A DNA stretch of 64,000 bases from the NCBI GenBank assembly GCA_963733035.1, contig CAVTBU010000007.1, forward strand, positions 320,001 through 384,000, given 5' to 3'. A program made the translations under genes and the position numbers. The notes beneath the pieces are model-generated. The model was not told where the DNA came from, ran no database searches, and saw nothing but the letters and a program-made list of their open reading frames with translations. Shown in pieces: positions 18,373 through 31,300 of this stretch (the first letter of the stretch is position 1; every line of letters starts with the position of its first letter). This DNA is from Pirellulales bacterium (GTDB taxonomy: Bacteria; Planctomycetota; Planctomycetia; Pirellulales; PALSA-1355).

Positions 18373-20231
18373 CAGGTGATCCAACGACGTTGGTAAAGAA
18401 ACCATTCGATGCCCGCCCACAGCCAGGCGAGCGCCACCAGATAAAACCAGATCGGCCGCGTGAACCAGCCGCCGGCCAGCGACACGGGCGAACGCGTTTT
18501 GGCGAGTACCTCGGGCACACGAATATCGCTTTCGCCACGATTGGCCAAATTGCAAGCGAGTTCGAGTAGCGGGGCGCTCTCATTCGTTTCGGGCGTTTCC
18601 TCGCTCAACTTTTCGACGCGCCAGATGCCACACTCCTCGAGCGGACCAAACGTTGTTCTTGTCAGCCCAGAGGGGAGCAGGCGCGATTCGCCCGAGGGTG
18701 TCTTGAGCACCAGCGCCGTCGATTGGTCGGTCGGCAAATCAACTTCGGCGACGGCCCCGCTGGCCAGCGACTCGCGCAGCTCGCCGGCCTGGCCGGCAAA
18801 CCAACCAAGGGCATTGGTGATCATGATCGGAAAGGCGGTTCGCAGGGCCAGATCGCCGCGGTCGAGATTCACGGTCAGCAGCAGCAGCTTGTGGCCGCCG
18901 TGCCGGTGTGAGAAATAAACCGGGTCGTCCGCAACGGTCGAGGCCAATACCGTGGCACCCGCGGGGAGCGACACTTTATGCGCCTCGGGCATGAGCACGT
19001 TATCGAGCCGGACGTGCCGCATCAGTGGCGAGTCCTGGTCTTGCCTGGTGACGATCGGGTTTTCGAGCACCTCACCCAGTTGCCACAGATCGGTACTTTC
19101 GAGCGGATCGATCACTAGCGCGTCGACCGGCGGCATTTCGGCGGGCACACGGCGGTGAAAAACATAAAGCGTTTCGGGGTCGTATGTCTCAGGCAGCGCG
19201 GCGGATACCTGTAAGTCGACCAGCGGATTGGCCTTGAGTGCCATTCGCAGAAACGTGTTGCCATCCGTAATCAGCACCACGCGCTGCAAGTGCCGCTTGG
19301 GAAGCACCGCCTCGGCCCGATTGTCGAGCGGCAGCGGGTCGTCGTGGTCGATGCGTGCCACGAGCTTGCCGCCGTCGATCGATGTCTTTTCGAACGTGCG
19401 GCTCCACTCTTCTCCCGGAGCGAGCACAAGTGGCACCACGTCGACCGGTGAGTCGTTCAAGTCGATCTCCAAGCGGCATTTCTTTTCCTTGTCCGATGCG
19501 TTCGCGACGCGCGTCAGGATCTCATAGCCAACCGGATCGGCCAGGCTGCGACGAACCTGAAAATTCGTCAGCCCCACGTTGCCGGCGCGCGTGCCAACGA
19601 CATGCAGCTCGACGCTCGCGTCCTTTGCCCACGACTCGCTCTCGGGAAAGCAGCCGTCGGTGAAGACGACCACGCGGCCTTGCGGCGCGTCGGCCAACAG
19701 CCGTCGCCCAAGTTCGACGGCGGCCGCAACTTGCGTGGGACCGTCCCCCGGCCGGATTTCGTTCAATGCGTCGCGCAGCGTTCGTTCGTGGCCCGTGAAG
19801 CCGCACAGCACGCGAGGCTGCGCGCCGCCGGCGACGATTGCCATTTCATCTCGATTTCGCAGCGTGGAGATCAGCTGCGCCGCCGCGTCGCGCGCGGCAT
19901 CCAACCGAGATGGTTTTACGTCCGTGGCCTTCATGCTGGCCGAGTTGTCGACCACCAGGATCAAGCGCCGCGCCTGGGCAAACTCCGATTTGAAATACGG
20001 CTCGGCCAAGGCCAACACCAACAGCGCCAGCATGGCAAGCTGCGCCAGCAGCGACAACAGATGCCGCAAGTGCTGCCACAGCGAGCGGGGGCTCTTCTCG
20101 TCGAAGATCTGTTGCCAGAAGATCGTCGTCGACACTGGCACGCGGCGGAGCGTAACCTTGAGGATGTAAAAAACGATGATCGGAATAGCCAGCGCGGCCG
20201 CCAACAGTGAGAGGGGAGCGAGAAAACTCAT
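18372..20231 (-). CDS. BatA-like N-terminus plus VWA domain protein
   Basis: N-terminal TM/BatA pattern, DNSASM MIDAS, FTDG, C-terminal TM ending EWFLYQRR. Confidence 0.85.
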   Translation of the reverse strand: MSFLAPLSLLAAALAIPIIVFYILKVTLRRVPVSTTIFWQQIFDEKSPRSLWQHLRHLLSLLAQLAMLALLVLALAEPYFKSEFAQARRLILVVDNSASMKATDVKPSRLDAARDAAAQLISTLRNRDEMAIVAGGAQPRVLCGFTGHERTLRDALNEIRPGDGPTQVAAAVELGRRLLADAPQGRVVVFTDGCFPESESWAKDASVELHVVGTRAGNVGLTNFQVRRSLADPVGYEILTRVANASDKEKKCRLEIDLNDSPVDVVPLVLAPGEEWSRTFEKTSIDGGKLVARIDHDDPLPLDNRAEAVLPKRHLQRVVLITDGNTFLRMALKANPLVDLQVSAALPETYDPETLYVFHRRVPAEMPPVDALVIDPLESTDLWQLGEVLENPIVTRQDQDSPLMRHVRLDNVLMPEAHKVSLPAGATVLASTVADDPVYFSHRHGGHKLLLLTVNLDRGDLALRTAFPIMITNALGWFAGQAGELRESLASGAVAEVDLPTDQSTALVLKTPSGESRLLPSGLTRTTFGPLEECGIWRVEKLSEETPETNESAPLLELACNLANRGESDIRVPEVLAKTRSPVSLAGGWFTRPIWFYLVALAWLWAGIEWFLYQRRWIT

Positions 20232-21106
20232 GCGATGGCCCCCGCCTGCCGCATCATTCGCAGCACCAGATCATCGAATGCGACCTGCGAATCGGTTTGC
20301 GTGCACCCGATTGCGTAGTTGCGACAGTATTTCCGAACGGCTTGCTGATGCGCTTCAAACAGCTTGCGATAGGTGCGCAAATTCCGTTCGGTGACGGTCA
20401 CCTTGCGGCTGGAGCCGTTTTCGCAATCGATCAGTTCCACGTCTCCCAGAAACTCCGGCTTCGCTTCCCGAGGATGATGGAGCTGGATCACGTGCGGCTC
20501 GTAGCGGCGATGCCGGAGCAGATCCAGACCGGCCTCGAAACCCGAGGGGGCAAAAAAATCGCTGATCACCACGCACAGGCCGGTCCGCTGTTTGCGCCGG
20601 ACGAATTCCTGCACGCTGGCCGTCAAATCGGTGTCACCGCCGCCCAGCGGCAGGTTTTCGAGAAATTCGAGCAGCGTGAGAATTCGCGCCTTGCCACGGC
20701 TGAGCGGAAAATTGGCCCAGATTCGTTCGTTGAAACCCACGACCGAAATGCGATCCATTTCGGCCAGGGCGATATAGGCCAGCGCGGCGGCCAGTTGCCG
20801 CGCCAAATTAAACTTTTCCGCGCCGGCAAAGCCCATGCTGGCCGAGCAATCGACGAGAAAGTAGACGTGCAGGTCTTCTTCTTCCTGGAACCGCTTGAGT
20901 AGCAGCTCGCCGTGCCGGGCGTAGACGTTCCAATCGAGATAACGCAGGTCGTCGCCGGCAGTGTACTCGCGATGGTCGGCGAACTCGATGCCCGCGCCAA
21001 ACTGAAACGTCCGCCGCTGCGCGAGCAGCGAGCCGCGAAAGATCCGCCGCGAGACGAGCGACAGGTACTCGAGCTTCTGCAGGAAGTCGGAACCAAACAG
21101 CGGCAT
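20228..21106 (-). CDS. DUF58 domain protein
   Basis: EFADHREYTAGDDLRYLDWNVYAR, DCSASM. Confidence 0.9.
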   Translation of the reverse strand: MPLFGSDFLQKLEYLSLVSRRIFRGSLLAQRRTFQFGAGIEFADHREYTAGDDLRYLDWNVYARHGELLLKRFQEEEDLHVYFLVDCSASMGFAGAEKFNLARQLAAALAYIALAEMDRISVVGFNERIWANFPLSRGKARILTLLEFLENLPLGGGDTDLTASVQEFVRRKQRTGLCVVISDFFAPSGFEAGLDLLRHRRYEPHVIQLHHPREAKPEFLGDVELIDCENGSSRKVTVTERNLRTYRKLFEAHQQAVRKYCRNYAIGCTQTDSQVAFDDLVLRMMRQAGAIA

Positions 21107-21124
21107 GCGATGCCCCTAGGTTTG

Positions 21125-22140
21125 TCAGGCGGCCATGACCGATTCGGAAACCGATTCCAGAATCCGCTCCACGATCTGGTCGGCCGAAATGCCTTCGGCT
21201 TGCCCCTCGAAATTCAAAATCAAGCGGTGCCGCAGCACCGACGGGGCCATGGCTTTCAGATCGTCTTTCGACACCTGGTAGCGGTGGTCGAGAATCGCGC
21301 GAATCTTGCCCCCCAGAATCAGCGCCGAGCGCCGCGCGGACTGGCACCGTAGCGCACGTAGCGTCGCGTCGTGTCGGTGGCCAAGGCGTGCTCCGGATGC
21401 GTCGCCAGCACCAGCGACAAGCCATAGCGGCGGACCTCGTTGGCGACCGGCACCTGACGCGCCAATTGCGACATCGCCAGAATCCGATCGCCGGCCAGCA
21501 CCGCCGCGGCCTTCGGTTGCACCGCTTCGGTCGTGCGATCCATGATCGCTTCCAAATCGCTAATATCCGGAAACTTCACAATCAACTTGCAGAAGAAGCG
21601 GTCGAGCTGCGCTTCGGGAAGCGGATAGGTGCCTTCCATTTCCAAGGGATTCTGCGTGGCCATCACAAAGAACGGTTCTTCCAACCGATGCGTTTGGCCG
21701 GCCACCGTAACGCTGTGCTCCTGCATGGCCTCGAGCAGTGCCGACTGAGTCTTGGGCGTGGCCCGATTGATTTCGTCGGCCAGCAGGATGTTGCCGAAGA
21801 TCGGTCCCGGTTGAAACTCAAATTGTTTGCGACCTTCCGGTGTTTCCAGTACCACGTTGGTGCCGATCAGATCGGCCGGCATCAAGTCGGGAGTGAATTG
21901 AATGCGCTGAAACTTCAAATGCAGCGCTTCGGCGAGCGTCCGCACCAGTAGGGTCTTGCCAAGCCCCGGCACGCCTTCCAGCAACACGTGTCCACCGGCC
22001 ACCAGTGCCAGCAACGTGTCTTCGACAATCTGATCGTTGCCAACGATCACTTTGCCCACTTCGCGGCGCAAAAGATCGAAGTCGGCCCGAAACGCATCAA
22101 ACTGTTGGCGCAACTGATCTGTCACGGGGGAGTCGTGCAT
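21125..22140 (-). CDS. moxR: MoxR-family AAA+ ATPase (one frameshift near 21327)
   Basis: [29 protein letters not shown]; the shifted frame continues GASPRGA(Q)ALILGGK...VLRHRL...VMAA*. Confidence 0.9.
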
Positions 22141-22363
22141 CGTGGAAGTTCCGACGGGGTGAGAGGGCAAATGCGAGCTGTCAACGAGGTTCCGGCACGA
22201 CAGCCCAGATGCTAGTTAATGTAGCCATAATCGTGCCGGAATCAAAACAATTCGCTCTGTTAATTCCAGCATTGCTACCATCTGATAATTTTAGTTGAAC
22301 TTCGCACTGTCCAACGGCACAATCAAACGCGTACCCCATCTCGCACGGACAGGAGGCGTTGCC

Positions 22364-25300
22364 ATGTGGCCTGCAACTCTGCGGCGCTACGCGTGTTTGG
22401 TGTTTCTGGTGGTCTTCGGCGGTCTGGCCGGGCCGCATTTTGTCTCGGCAATCCGGGCGCAGGACACGCCCCACGAGTTCGAGGCCGAGCTTGCGCGCGA
22501 GCGACAGATTGTCGATCGCTTCGTCACGGTGCTCGAGCGCAATCCGCGCCGTGGCACGGCGCTCGATCGCATCTACGGCCACCACGTCGAAAACGGCACG
22601 CTCGACGAACTGGTGCAGCAGTTTAACGATCGATCGACCAAGAATCCCAAGGATGGTGTCGCCTGGATGATTTTGGGACTGATCGAATCGCAACGGGGCC
22701 ACGACGCCGCGGCGGTCGCGGCCTTCCAGCAGGCCAGCGATTTGCGGACGGACGACGCCATGGCGGCTTACTACCTGGGTCAGTCCCTGATTCTCGTCGG
22801 ACAGCCCGACCAGGCCGTGGCGGCGTTCGAAAAAGCAATCGAGCGGAAGCCGGCTCCGGTCGATTTGTTGCCCATCTTTCAAGCCTTGGGTCGCGTGCAT
22901 CAACAGGCGCAGCGGGTTGACGAGGCGCTCGCCGTTTGGACACGGCTGGAAAAAATGTTCCCCGGCGATCCGCGCGTGCAGGAGGACATTGCCACAACCC
23001 TCGTCGAGGAAGGGCAATATGCCGAAGCCCTGGTGCGATACGAAGCCCTCGCCAAACACTCGGCCGATGACTACCGCAAGACGATGTATCGGATACAGGC
23101 CGCCGACCTGAAGATCAAAACGAATCGCTCGGCCGACGGCATTGCCGATTTGGAAGATCTGCTCAAGACGCTCAATCCGCAGAACTGGCTGTTCCGAGAA
23201 GTTCGACACCACATCGAGGAAGTCTTTCTCCGCAGCAGCGACGACGACGGCCTGGCCAAGTATTACGAGAAGTGGCTGGACAGCAACCCCGAGGACGTCG
23301 ACGCCATGGCCCGCGTCGCGCGCGTGCTCGCGCGGCAAGGACGCGTGCCCGAAGCCCAGCAATGGCTCGACAGGGCGTTGCGCCTGGCTCCTTCACGCAA
23401 GGAGCTGCGGTTGGCATTCATCGATCAACTGGTCGACCAGCAGCGATTCGAGGCCGCCATCGCCCAGTATGTCGAGTTGGACAAAGCGGATCCCAACAAC
23501 CCCGACTATTTGCGCAACTGGGGCAAGCTCATCCTGCGAGACACGTCGCGACCCAAGGCCGAGCGACAGGCCAATGCCGAGAAAGTGTGGCGCCGCATGA
23601 CCGAGGCGCGGGCCACCGATCCATTGATCGCCGCGCAAGTCGCCGATCTGTTTCGCTATGCCGAGATGTCCGAGCAGGCGCTTGAACTCTATCAAAAGGC
23701 TGTCGAGCTCGCGCCGGCCGCGCCGCAATACCGCGAGTACCTGGGGGAGTACTATCACATTCTCAAACGGCCCGACGAAGCGCAAGCGACGTGGCGCGAA
23801 CTGGCCGCGGGCCCGCTGCACACCGCCGCCAACGTGGCCCGATTGGCCGAGGTGCTGGCGCAGTTTGGTTATCTTGAGCAGGCGCTGCCTGAGATTGCCG
23901 AGGCGTGCCGGCTCGATCCCAAGGATTTTTCGCTGCAGCTCAAGGCCGCTGAAATGCAGGTCCGCGGCGAAAAGCTGACCGAAGCGCTGGCGTCGCTCGA
24001 GCGAGCCGAAGAACTGGCACAAAACGACGAAGAGCACGAAGCCGTGCTGGCCCAGCAAATCAAGGTTTACGTGCTTGACGAAAGCCTCGACGATCGCATC
24101 GAAACCCTGCAAACGCAGACCGCCGGCGACCAGGCAACCGCGCGGCAGTGGTATCTGCTGGCCCGCTACCAGGAAGAACGCCGCGACTATCCCGAGGCGA
24201 CCCGCGCGATCCGCAAAGCAAACGAGTTATCGGCCAACAATATTCCCTACCTGGCCAGCGCGGCGCGCATCGCCGAGTCTTCCGGCGAACTCGAACTGGC
24301 GGCCGACGAGCACCGCAAACTGGCTTCGATCGACCGCCGCGGCCGCACCGAGCATCTCCAGCACGTGGCGGAGTTGGAAACGCAGCTAGGGCGGATCGAC
24401 GAAGCACTCGCGGCGGGTCGCGATCTGATTGCCGCCGCCCCCGGCAACGTCGACACGCACCAGTTTTTCGCCGACTTGTGCTTCCGGCTAGGGAAACCGG
24501 AGGAAGCCCTGACCACGCTCCGACGCGCCGTGCGGGCCAATCCCAACGACGAGAACATCCTGTTGGCGTTGGCCTCGGCGTTGGCGCGGGAGTTCCGTTC
24601 GGACGAAGCGATCGAACTGTATTGGCAGGCCTTTGAAAAGGCGTCGGAGCTTGACGACAAGCTGACCGTGATCGGCAAGTTGACCGAACTCTACCTGCAA
24701 ACCAATCACTTCGATCGCCTGCTCGAACGCCTGGAGCGCAATCGCCAGGAAGCCGACGAGCGCCGCGAAATGACGATCTGCTTGGCCCAGGCACATCAGT
24801 CGGCGGGCGACTTTGGCATGGCCCGGCAGGAACTCGAACGCCTGCTCAGCGAGAATTCGCGCGATACGCAACTTCTGCAGCAACTTTCGAAACTGGCCGA
24901 AGCCGAGTCCGACTTGACCAGCGCAATTACCTACCAGGAACAAGTGGCCAAGGCGGCTCCCGGTCCCGAGGCCGAGTACCGCCTGGCAACGCTTCTTTCA
25001 CGTGCTGCGCGCTCGCAGGAAGCGGCCGAAATTATCGTCCGCCTGACCGCCAGGGAAGAGGACTACCAGAAATACCTGCGCAATGTCGACTCGCTGCTTA
25101 CCGCGCGGGAGTTCCAGACGGCGCTCAACGTCATCGAACCCAAGCTCCGCGAGAACCCCAAGGACTGGGAGCTACTCTACCGAGAAGGCGTGGCGCTGTT
25201 TGACGAAAGGCCGGAGGAAGCCAAAGCCCGCTTCCGCGCACTGCTCGCGCTGGACATCGAAGACGACGAACCCGGTGCCGCGACGAAAGCTCGCGAACAA

Positions 25301-28300
25301 GCCCGCAAACGGCGGTCCGCCACCTCCTCGTCGTCCAATCTCTCGGAACTGCCGTTCGTCCGCGTCGATCGGGTCTACGAGGTACAGCGCGCGGTCGGAA
25401 TCAATATGAATTACTACTCGTCCAGCCAGCGGTCGACGTTTTGGGAACCGAGCCGCTTTAGCGAGGCTCGCATCGGTGCCCTGGGTTGGTTGTATCGGCT
25501 TGCTCAAAGCGACGGAGAGACCGAGAAGCTGGTCGATGAGTTTCGAACCGCCGCCGAACCCGAGGACGCCTCCACGCGGGCGATCTGGGATTGGGTCTAC
25601 TTGGAGGCCGTCCGGGGTGCGAACCAGGATACTTTGCTGCCGGCCGCCCGGCGGCTGGCCAAGGCCGGCGATTTGGCGGGACACTATTTGCATTTGAGGC
25701 AGCTTGCGAATCGCAATTCACAGGCGCTACAAGCGGCTCGACGGGGCGGCGACGTAAAAGACTCGCTGCCGCCACTGGCACCCGAGGAGCTCGAACTGGC
25801 CGAACAATCGTTTGAAGCCGTGGAGCGGGGTTTCAGCGCTGCCGATTCGGCGAACATGAACTTTATCCGGATCTACCTCGGGCAGTCGATGATTGCGGAA
25901 CTGAAGCGAGCGGGCCGCGATGACGATGCCCAGCAGCTCTACCGAAAGACGCTCGATCGTGCAAAGTCGGCGATGGACCTGGCAGGCGCGGTGCAATTGG
26001 CCGCCACGCAATCCGATATGCCGAGCCTGTTGGAGGCGTTCGACCGCTTTGCCAAGCGCGACTTGCAGGAACAGGCGACAAAACCATCGGCCTCGACAAG
26101 CGTCCATCAGGCCGTTGCCCAAAGTTTGGGGGCCGCCATGATGCACAAGGATGTCGAGCAAGATAGCGCCACAAAGCTGCTCGACCGCTACCTTGACTAC
26201 CAGGTGGCCAGGGCGAATGAGTCCCGCAAGAAACGGCGCAGCCCAACGCTCAACCGGCGCAACGCACAAAACAATCAAATCTCGGTTCCCACCGCGTCCG
26301 GCAGTTACCGCAGAGTCCATATCACGTATCCCACGGCCAATTCTTATTTTGACAATGGCGACATTGTCTTTTGGCTCACCGCTTATGAGTGGTTCAAAGA
26401 GCACGACGTTGTGAGCGACCTGATCGGGTATCTGGAAGGTCGTGTCAACACAGCGGAGCCCGGCGCAAAGATCTACTCAATTCTGGCGCTGGCCTACGTC
26501 CATTCCTGGAACGAAGATTCGCCAGGGGCCACCAAAGCGCTGCTCGCAGCCGTCGCGCTCGAACCGCAAGATGCCGAGCTGCGGCTCGATCTGGCCCAAC
26601 TCTGCCTGCAGTCGCAGCAGTACGAAGCGGCCCTCATCCATCTCGACGCCATCGTGCCGCTCAACCAGGAAGCGCTCCGCGAGCGCGAACTGTTGGCCCT
26701 CGACATCGCCGTGCGATTGGCGGATCTCGAGCGGGCGCGCGATGCCGCCGGTCGGTTGTTCGGCCTGCGGCTCGATGCCCAAACGCAAATCGAACTGGCG
26801 GGCAAGATGCGCCGCCTGGGCATGAATGCCGAAGCCGAGGCGATTGTGGCCCGCGCACAGCGCCACGCCGGCAGTTCGCTGGCCACGCTGGCGGCGCTGA
26901 TGGGTCAGTATCTTTCCGAGGGCCGATTGGAATTGGCCTCGGAAGTTGCCCATCAAATCCTCCGCCGCTCGCGCACCTTGTCGAGCGCACAGGCCGCGAT
27001 GGGATACAACACGGCCGATTCGAATTACCGCACCGCGGCCCTTCAATGCCTGGCGCAGAACGGCAAGCTGAAGGAAATCATCGAGCGGCTCGAACAGCAA
27101 CTGGAGCGCGCACCCGTTCGACCGAGTTGGCCGAAACGCTGACCGAGTACTACACCGCGGGCGGCGACGCGGAGAAGTCGCTGGCGTTGCAGGGCAAGAT
27201 CGTCGAATTGCAGCCGGCCGACGCCGATCTCCGCTTCCGCTACGCCCAGGTGCTCTCCGGCAAGGGGAAACGCGACGAGGCTTGCGATCAGTACAAGCTG
27301 GCGCTGAAAAGAAAACCCGCGCTCTTGGAAAACCGCGGCTACGAAGTGGTCAACACGTTTCGCCAGGCCAAGCGGGAATTGGAGTTGGCAAAGTTCATCG
27401 CCGAATTGGATCTGAAGGGCCTGCGCAACCCCTACAGCCTGATGGATCTGGTGCGCAACATGCTTCGAGATCGCGCAGCGCGAAACGGGGCTGGCACTGA
27501 TGCGGCGGGCTTGGGACGCGTTTCCCACGCAGCGGTCGTACCTGCTGAACTCATTTTACGACGACGCCCTTTGGAAGTTGCCCGAGGTATTCGAATACGG
27601 GCGGCAATCGTTGATGCCGTCACCCGAGTCCATTCGACAAACGCCCTGGAGCGGCCTCGATACGATCATGAGCTATTCGCAGGACGGCAAGGCGAACACG
27701 GCGCTGGAAAGAGTTTTCAACGCCGCGGGGACCGGCCAGAAAATGGAGAAACTGCGCGCCGACATTGCCGCCCATGCCGAACAAAACCCCGATTGGCAGG
27801 CCGGCAAGGTGCTGACGGCGCTCATCGATCTGCGCCTCAATCGTCCGGTCGACATTCGCGCAGCCGTCAAGCCGCTGCTCGAAACGTCCACCGGCGACTA
27901 TCGCATGATGCAGGCGCGCTGGATTGTGGGGCAGGAGTTGGAAGCGCGTCCGGAGCTGCGCGACTTGGCGATTGAAGTCTATCAGGGAGCCTTTGAAAAC
28001 CAACAGAACTCAAATCAACAATTTCAGTACAGCCCCGGCCCGAAACTGGTGAAGTTGTACCTGTCCGCCGGCCAGCGTGAAGCGGCCCGCCAACTCCTCG
28101 TCAAAGCCGCTCGCGAGAGCACCTATGACAACTACGATCCTAGCTACGCCTCTTATCTGCGCGTGCAGACGCTGCAAACGATTGGCAGCCAATTGCAGGA
28201 ATCCGAGTTTCCGGTCGACGCGCTGCGGGTGTATCGAGACCTGGTGATCGGCGACGTGGACGAGGCCGCCCTCAGTCGTTACGGCCGCAATATCTCCGAA

Positions 28301-31300
28301 GTCCGCCGCGACGCTCAGGCCAAGATCGATGCCATCATCGGCAAGCTGACTGGAGACGCCGGAGCGGCAGCCGTTATTGAACTGTTGGCGCCGCGCGAAG
28401 ACGCCGCGGCCGACGACGCGGCGATCGACTTGATGCTTACCACGACCGCGACGCTCGACGACGGGCTGCCGAAAGTCGACAGCCTCGTTGTGCGGTTTTT
28501 GGAGTCGGCCGATTTGGGAAACGACGCCCTGGCATCGCTGCGCGCACAACTCGACAAGCTGGCCGCCAAACGGCCGCAGGACTTCAGCGTCTCCGTGGCT
28601 CAAGGGCTACTAACCGTCGGTTCGGCCGACCTGGCGCAAACGCAGTCCGCGCTCGACCGCGTCACGGCCCTGGTGGATGAATTACCGCTAGAGGATTTGG
28701 GTCCCGACCAGCGGGCAAACGCGCGACAGCGGATCGACGCCCAACGCCAGGTTTCCCTCTGGCTGTTGGCCCGGGCCTGCCTGGCAAAGAGCGATTATCG
28801 AGCGGTGGGCATGCGACTGGCGAACCGCGCGGTCGATGCCGCCCTGCGGCAAACCGATCCGGCCCTGGCTTCTGCAATGCTATACGAGCGCGGCCTAATC
28901 GCGCTCGACGCCGGCGATCGAGATAGCGCCGAGCAAGATTGGAGCCGGTTGGTGGAGTCGGCCATCGTCAACCCTCGCCAGCAATTCACGAAACGCACGA
29001 GCAAAACTCCCGCGCCCCCCTCGGCTGGCCAGCAAGCCAACGGTGGCTCACCCTCTAACAATCCGGCCGACAAAGCGTTGCCGGTCACGCTTTCGCAATT
29101 CAAGCTCGGCGCGGCCATGGCGCATCTGGCCGCTGAACATGACATGCCGGCTCTCTCGCTACGAACCGCGCGTGAAATTGTGGCCGGCGGGCTGCCTGTA
29201 CCGGATCTCAAGCCGACAACGACCACGTCGCGCAACGGTTTCGTGACAATCCCTGTCGCCTCGACGACCGGCCGCAGCGGCGTCGATCAGAAAATCTACG
29301 ACGAACTGGCCACGCGGATGTGGAGTCTGTCTGCGACTTGGGAAAAGAAACAGCTGCCGGCCGAGGAGGTCTGCGATCTGCTCGAGCAACTCGTCTTTCC
29401 CGCGAATCGGCCTGAGGAAGTTTTGCTATTTGAGCAAACGCTGGGCGACGATTGGTCGACGCCTCGCAGCGTGGGCTGCCTGCTGGCCATTTGGGCCGGG
29501 CGGGCCGGCCGCACCGAAACGGTCGAAAAGCAAGTTGCCGCGCGGCACGCGACACCAACCGACGAACTTGGCGGTCACGTGTTATTGGCTCAGATGTATC
29601 TGACCGGCCGTGATTTTCCCGGCGTGCGGCAACAGCTGGCAGCCATCGAGAAATTGCTCGATTCGGGAAGACTGAACGCCTGGGCGGAAACGGCCGCGCA
29701 CGCACTCGGACCGGCGTTTGACGAGGCTGAACTAGCGAAGGACGCCGCGCCACTGTTGGCGAAGGCCGTGGCGCAGGTGAAGTCGTTGGCAAGTGGCTAC
29801 AACAACCCCGCCATTAACTCGCCGCTTTCCAAGTTGATCCGCTACTACATCCGCAGCGGAGACATCGCTGCCGCTAAAACAGTTGTTGATGCCTACCTCG
29901 TCCGCCGCCAGGCGGAATATGCCCGCTACGGCGGTGATTCGCCGCTCGCGATGCAGCGGATGGATTTCAGTTGGGTGGCCAACGAGCTCTGCTTTGGCAA
30001 CGATTTGCAGACGACGCTCGACGCGCTGGGAAAGGTGGTCGACTCGGCATCTCTGACGCGGTCGACGCAAGTATCGTTGACCCGTGCCGTGCGTTATCTC
30101 GCCCGGCAGGTCGAGGCGTGTCCGGCAGCCGAGCGCTACGAGAAACTGCGCGACTGGACGATGCCGGCTAAGGATCGCCGGGTCGTGCGCAGCATCGTAA
30201 TCGTCGACGGGGGGCAACCCGTGCCAGACGTATTCCTCTCGGCGGATGACCTGCCGTTTGATCCGCGGCCGTCGTTTGCGCCTGTCTCGAACCTGACGCT
30301 GCTGGTCGACGCGGCACGCGAGGCCGGCAAGCTCGATGAGCTCTGGCAAGCGACCGAGCCACTGGTGAAAGACAAGGTGCCCGGCGCCGATGCTTTGGGC
30401 ATCTTGCTGGCCGTTGCTCGCGACGACGCCGAGATCGTCAACAAGCGAGTTCGGAGTTGGATCGCCAATTACGTTCGCGAACTGGCACTCGGTCGATCGC
30501 GCGCCACCACCGATTGGACCCCAATCCTGGTTGCCTATTCCGCGTTGCGGAATCCACGGACCGCCGAATCCGGTCAGCGACTGTTGGATCTGGCCGAGCA
30601 ACTCCTGAAGAACGATCGCACCACGATGCGCTCATGGCTGTCGTACGGCGTGGCCCAAAATGAGATGCGCGCCGCAGGACAGGACGACCTCTTTGAGGCA
30701 ACCCAACTGAAACATTGGGTGATCGCCGACAGCGCGCGCAATTCCAATGCTCTGCGTCCTCCGGCGGTTTGGGTGGCGGCCGAAGGACACGTCAAGCGCC
30801 TGAGCGGCAGCGAACTCGACGAAATCTTCTTCCGCTATCCGCTTTCCGGAAAGTTCGAGCTCACCGCCGACGTCCGCATGGGCGATGGGGCCCTGTGCAA
30901 CCTGACCTACGGCGGGGTCGGCTACATGCCGTCGCTCGACGAACGCGTGATGGTGCAGTCGTTGGCGGGCAACGACAGGTTCTATCGCGGACTGCGGATG
31001 CCCAGCTCCGATGCGCTCCGCGAGAACAACCCGCAGTGGTATCGCTTCAGTCTCCAGGTTGCCGATGGCAAGGCGCGCTTCGCGCTGAACGGCTGGCCCA
31101 TTTTCGAGGACCGCGACTGCTCCGGCACCAGTCCCTGGTTCGGCTTGTTCGGCATGGGCGGTCGCCAGGTTGTGGTGCGAAACCTGGCATTGCGGGGGAC
31201 GCCGACGATTCCCCGTGCCGTGCGGCTCGTTGATGGCAATCGCCTGGAAGGTTGGGCAGCCGATTTCGGCAGCAGCATGCAGCCCAGCCCCACGCTCCGT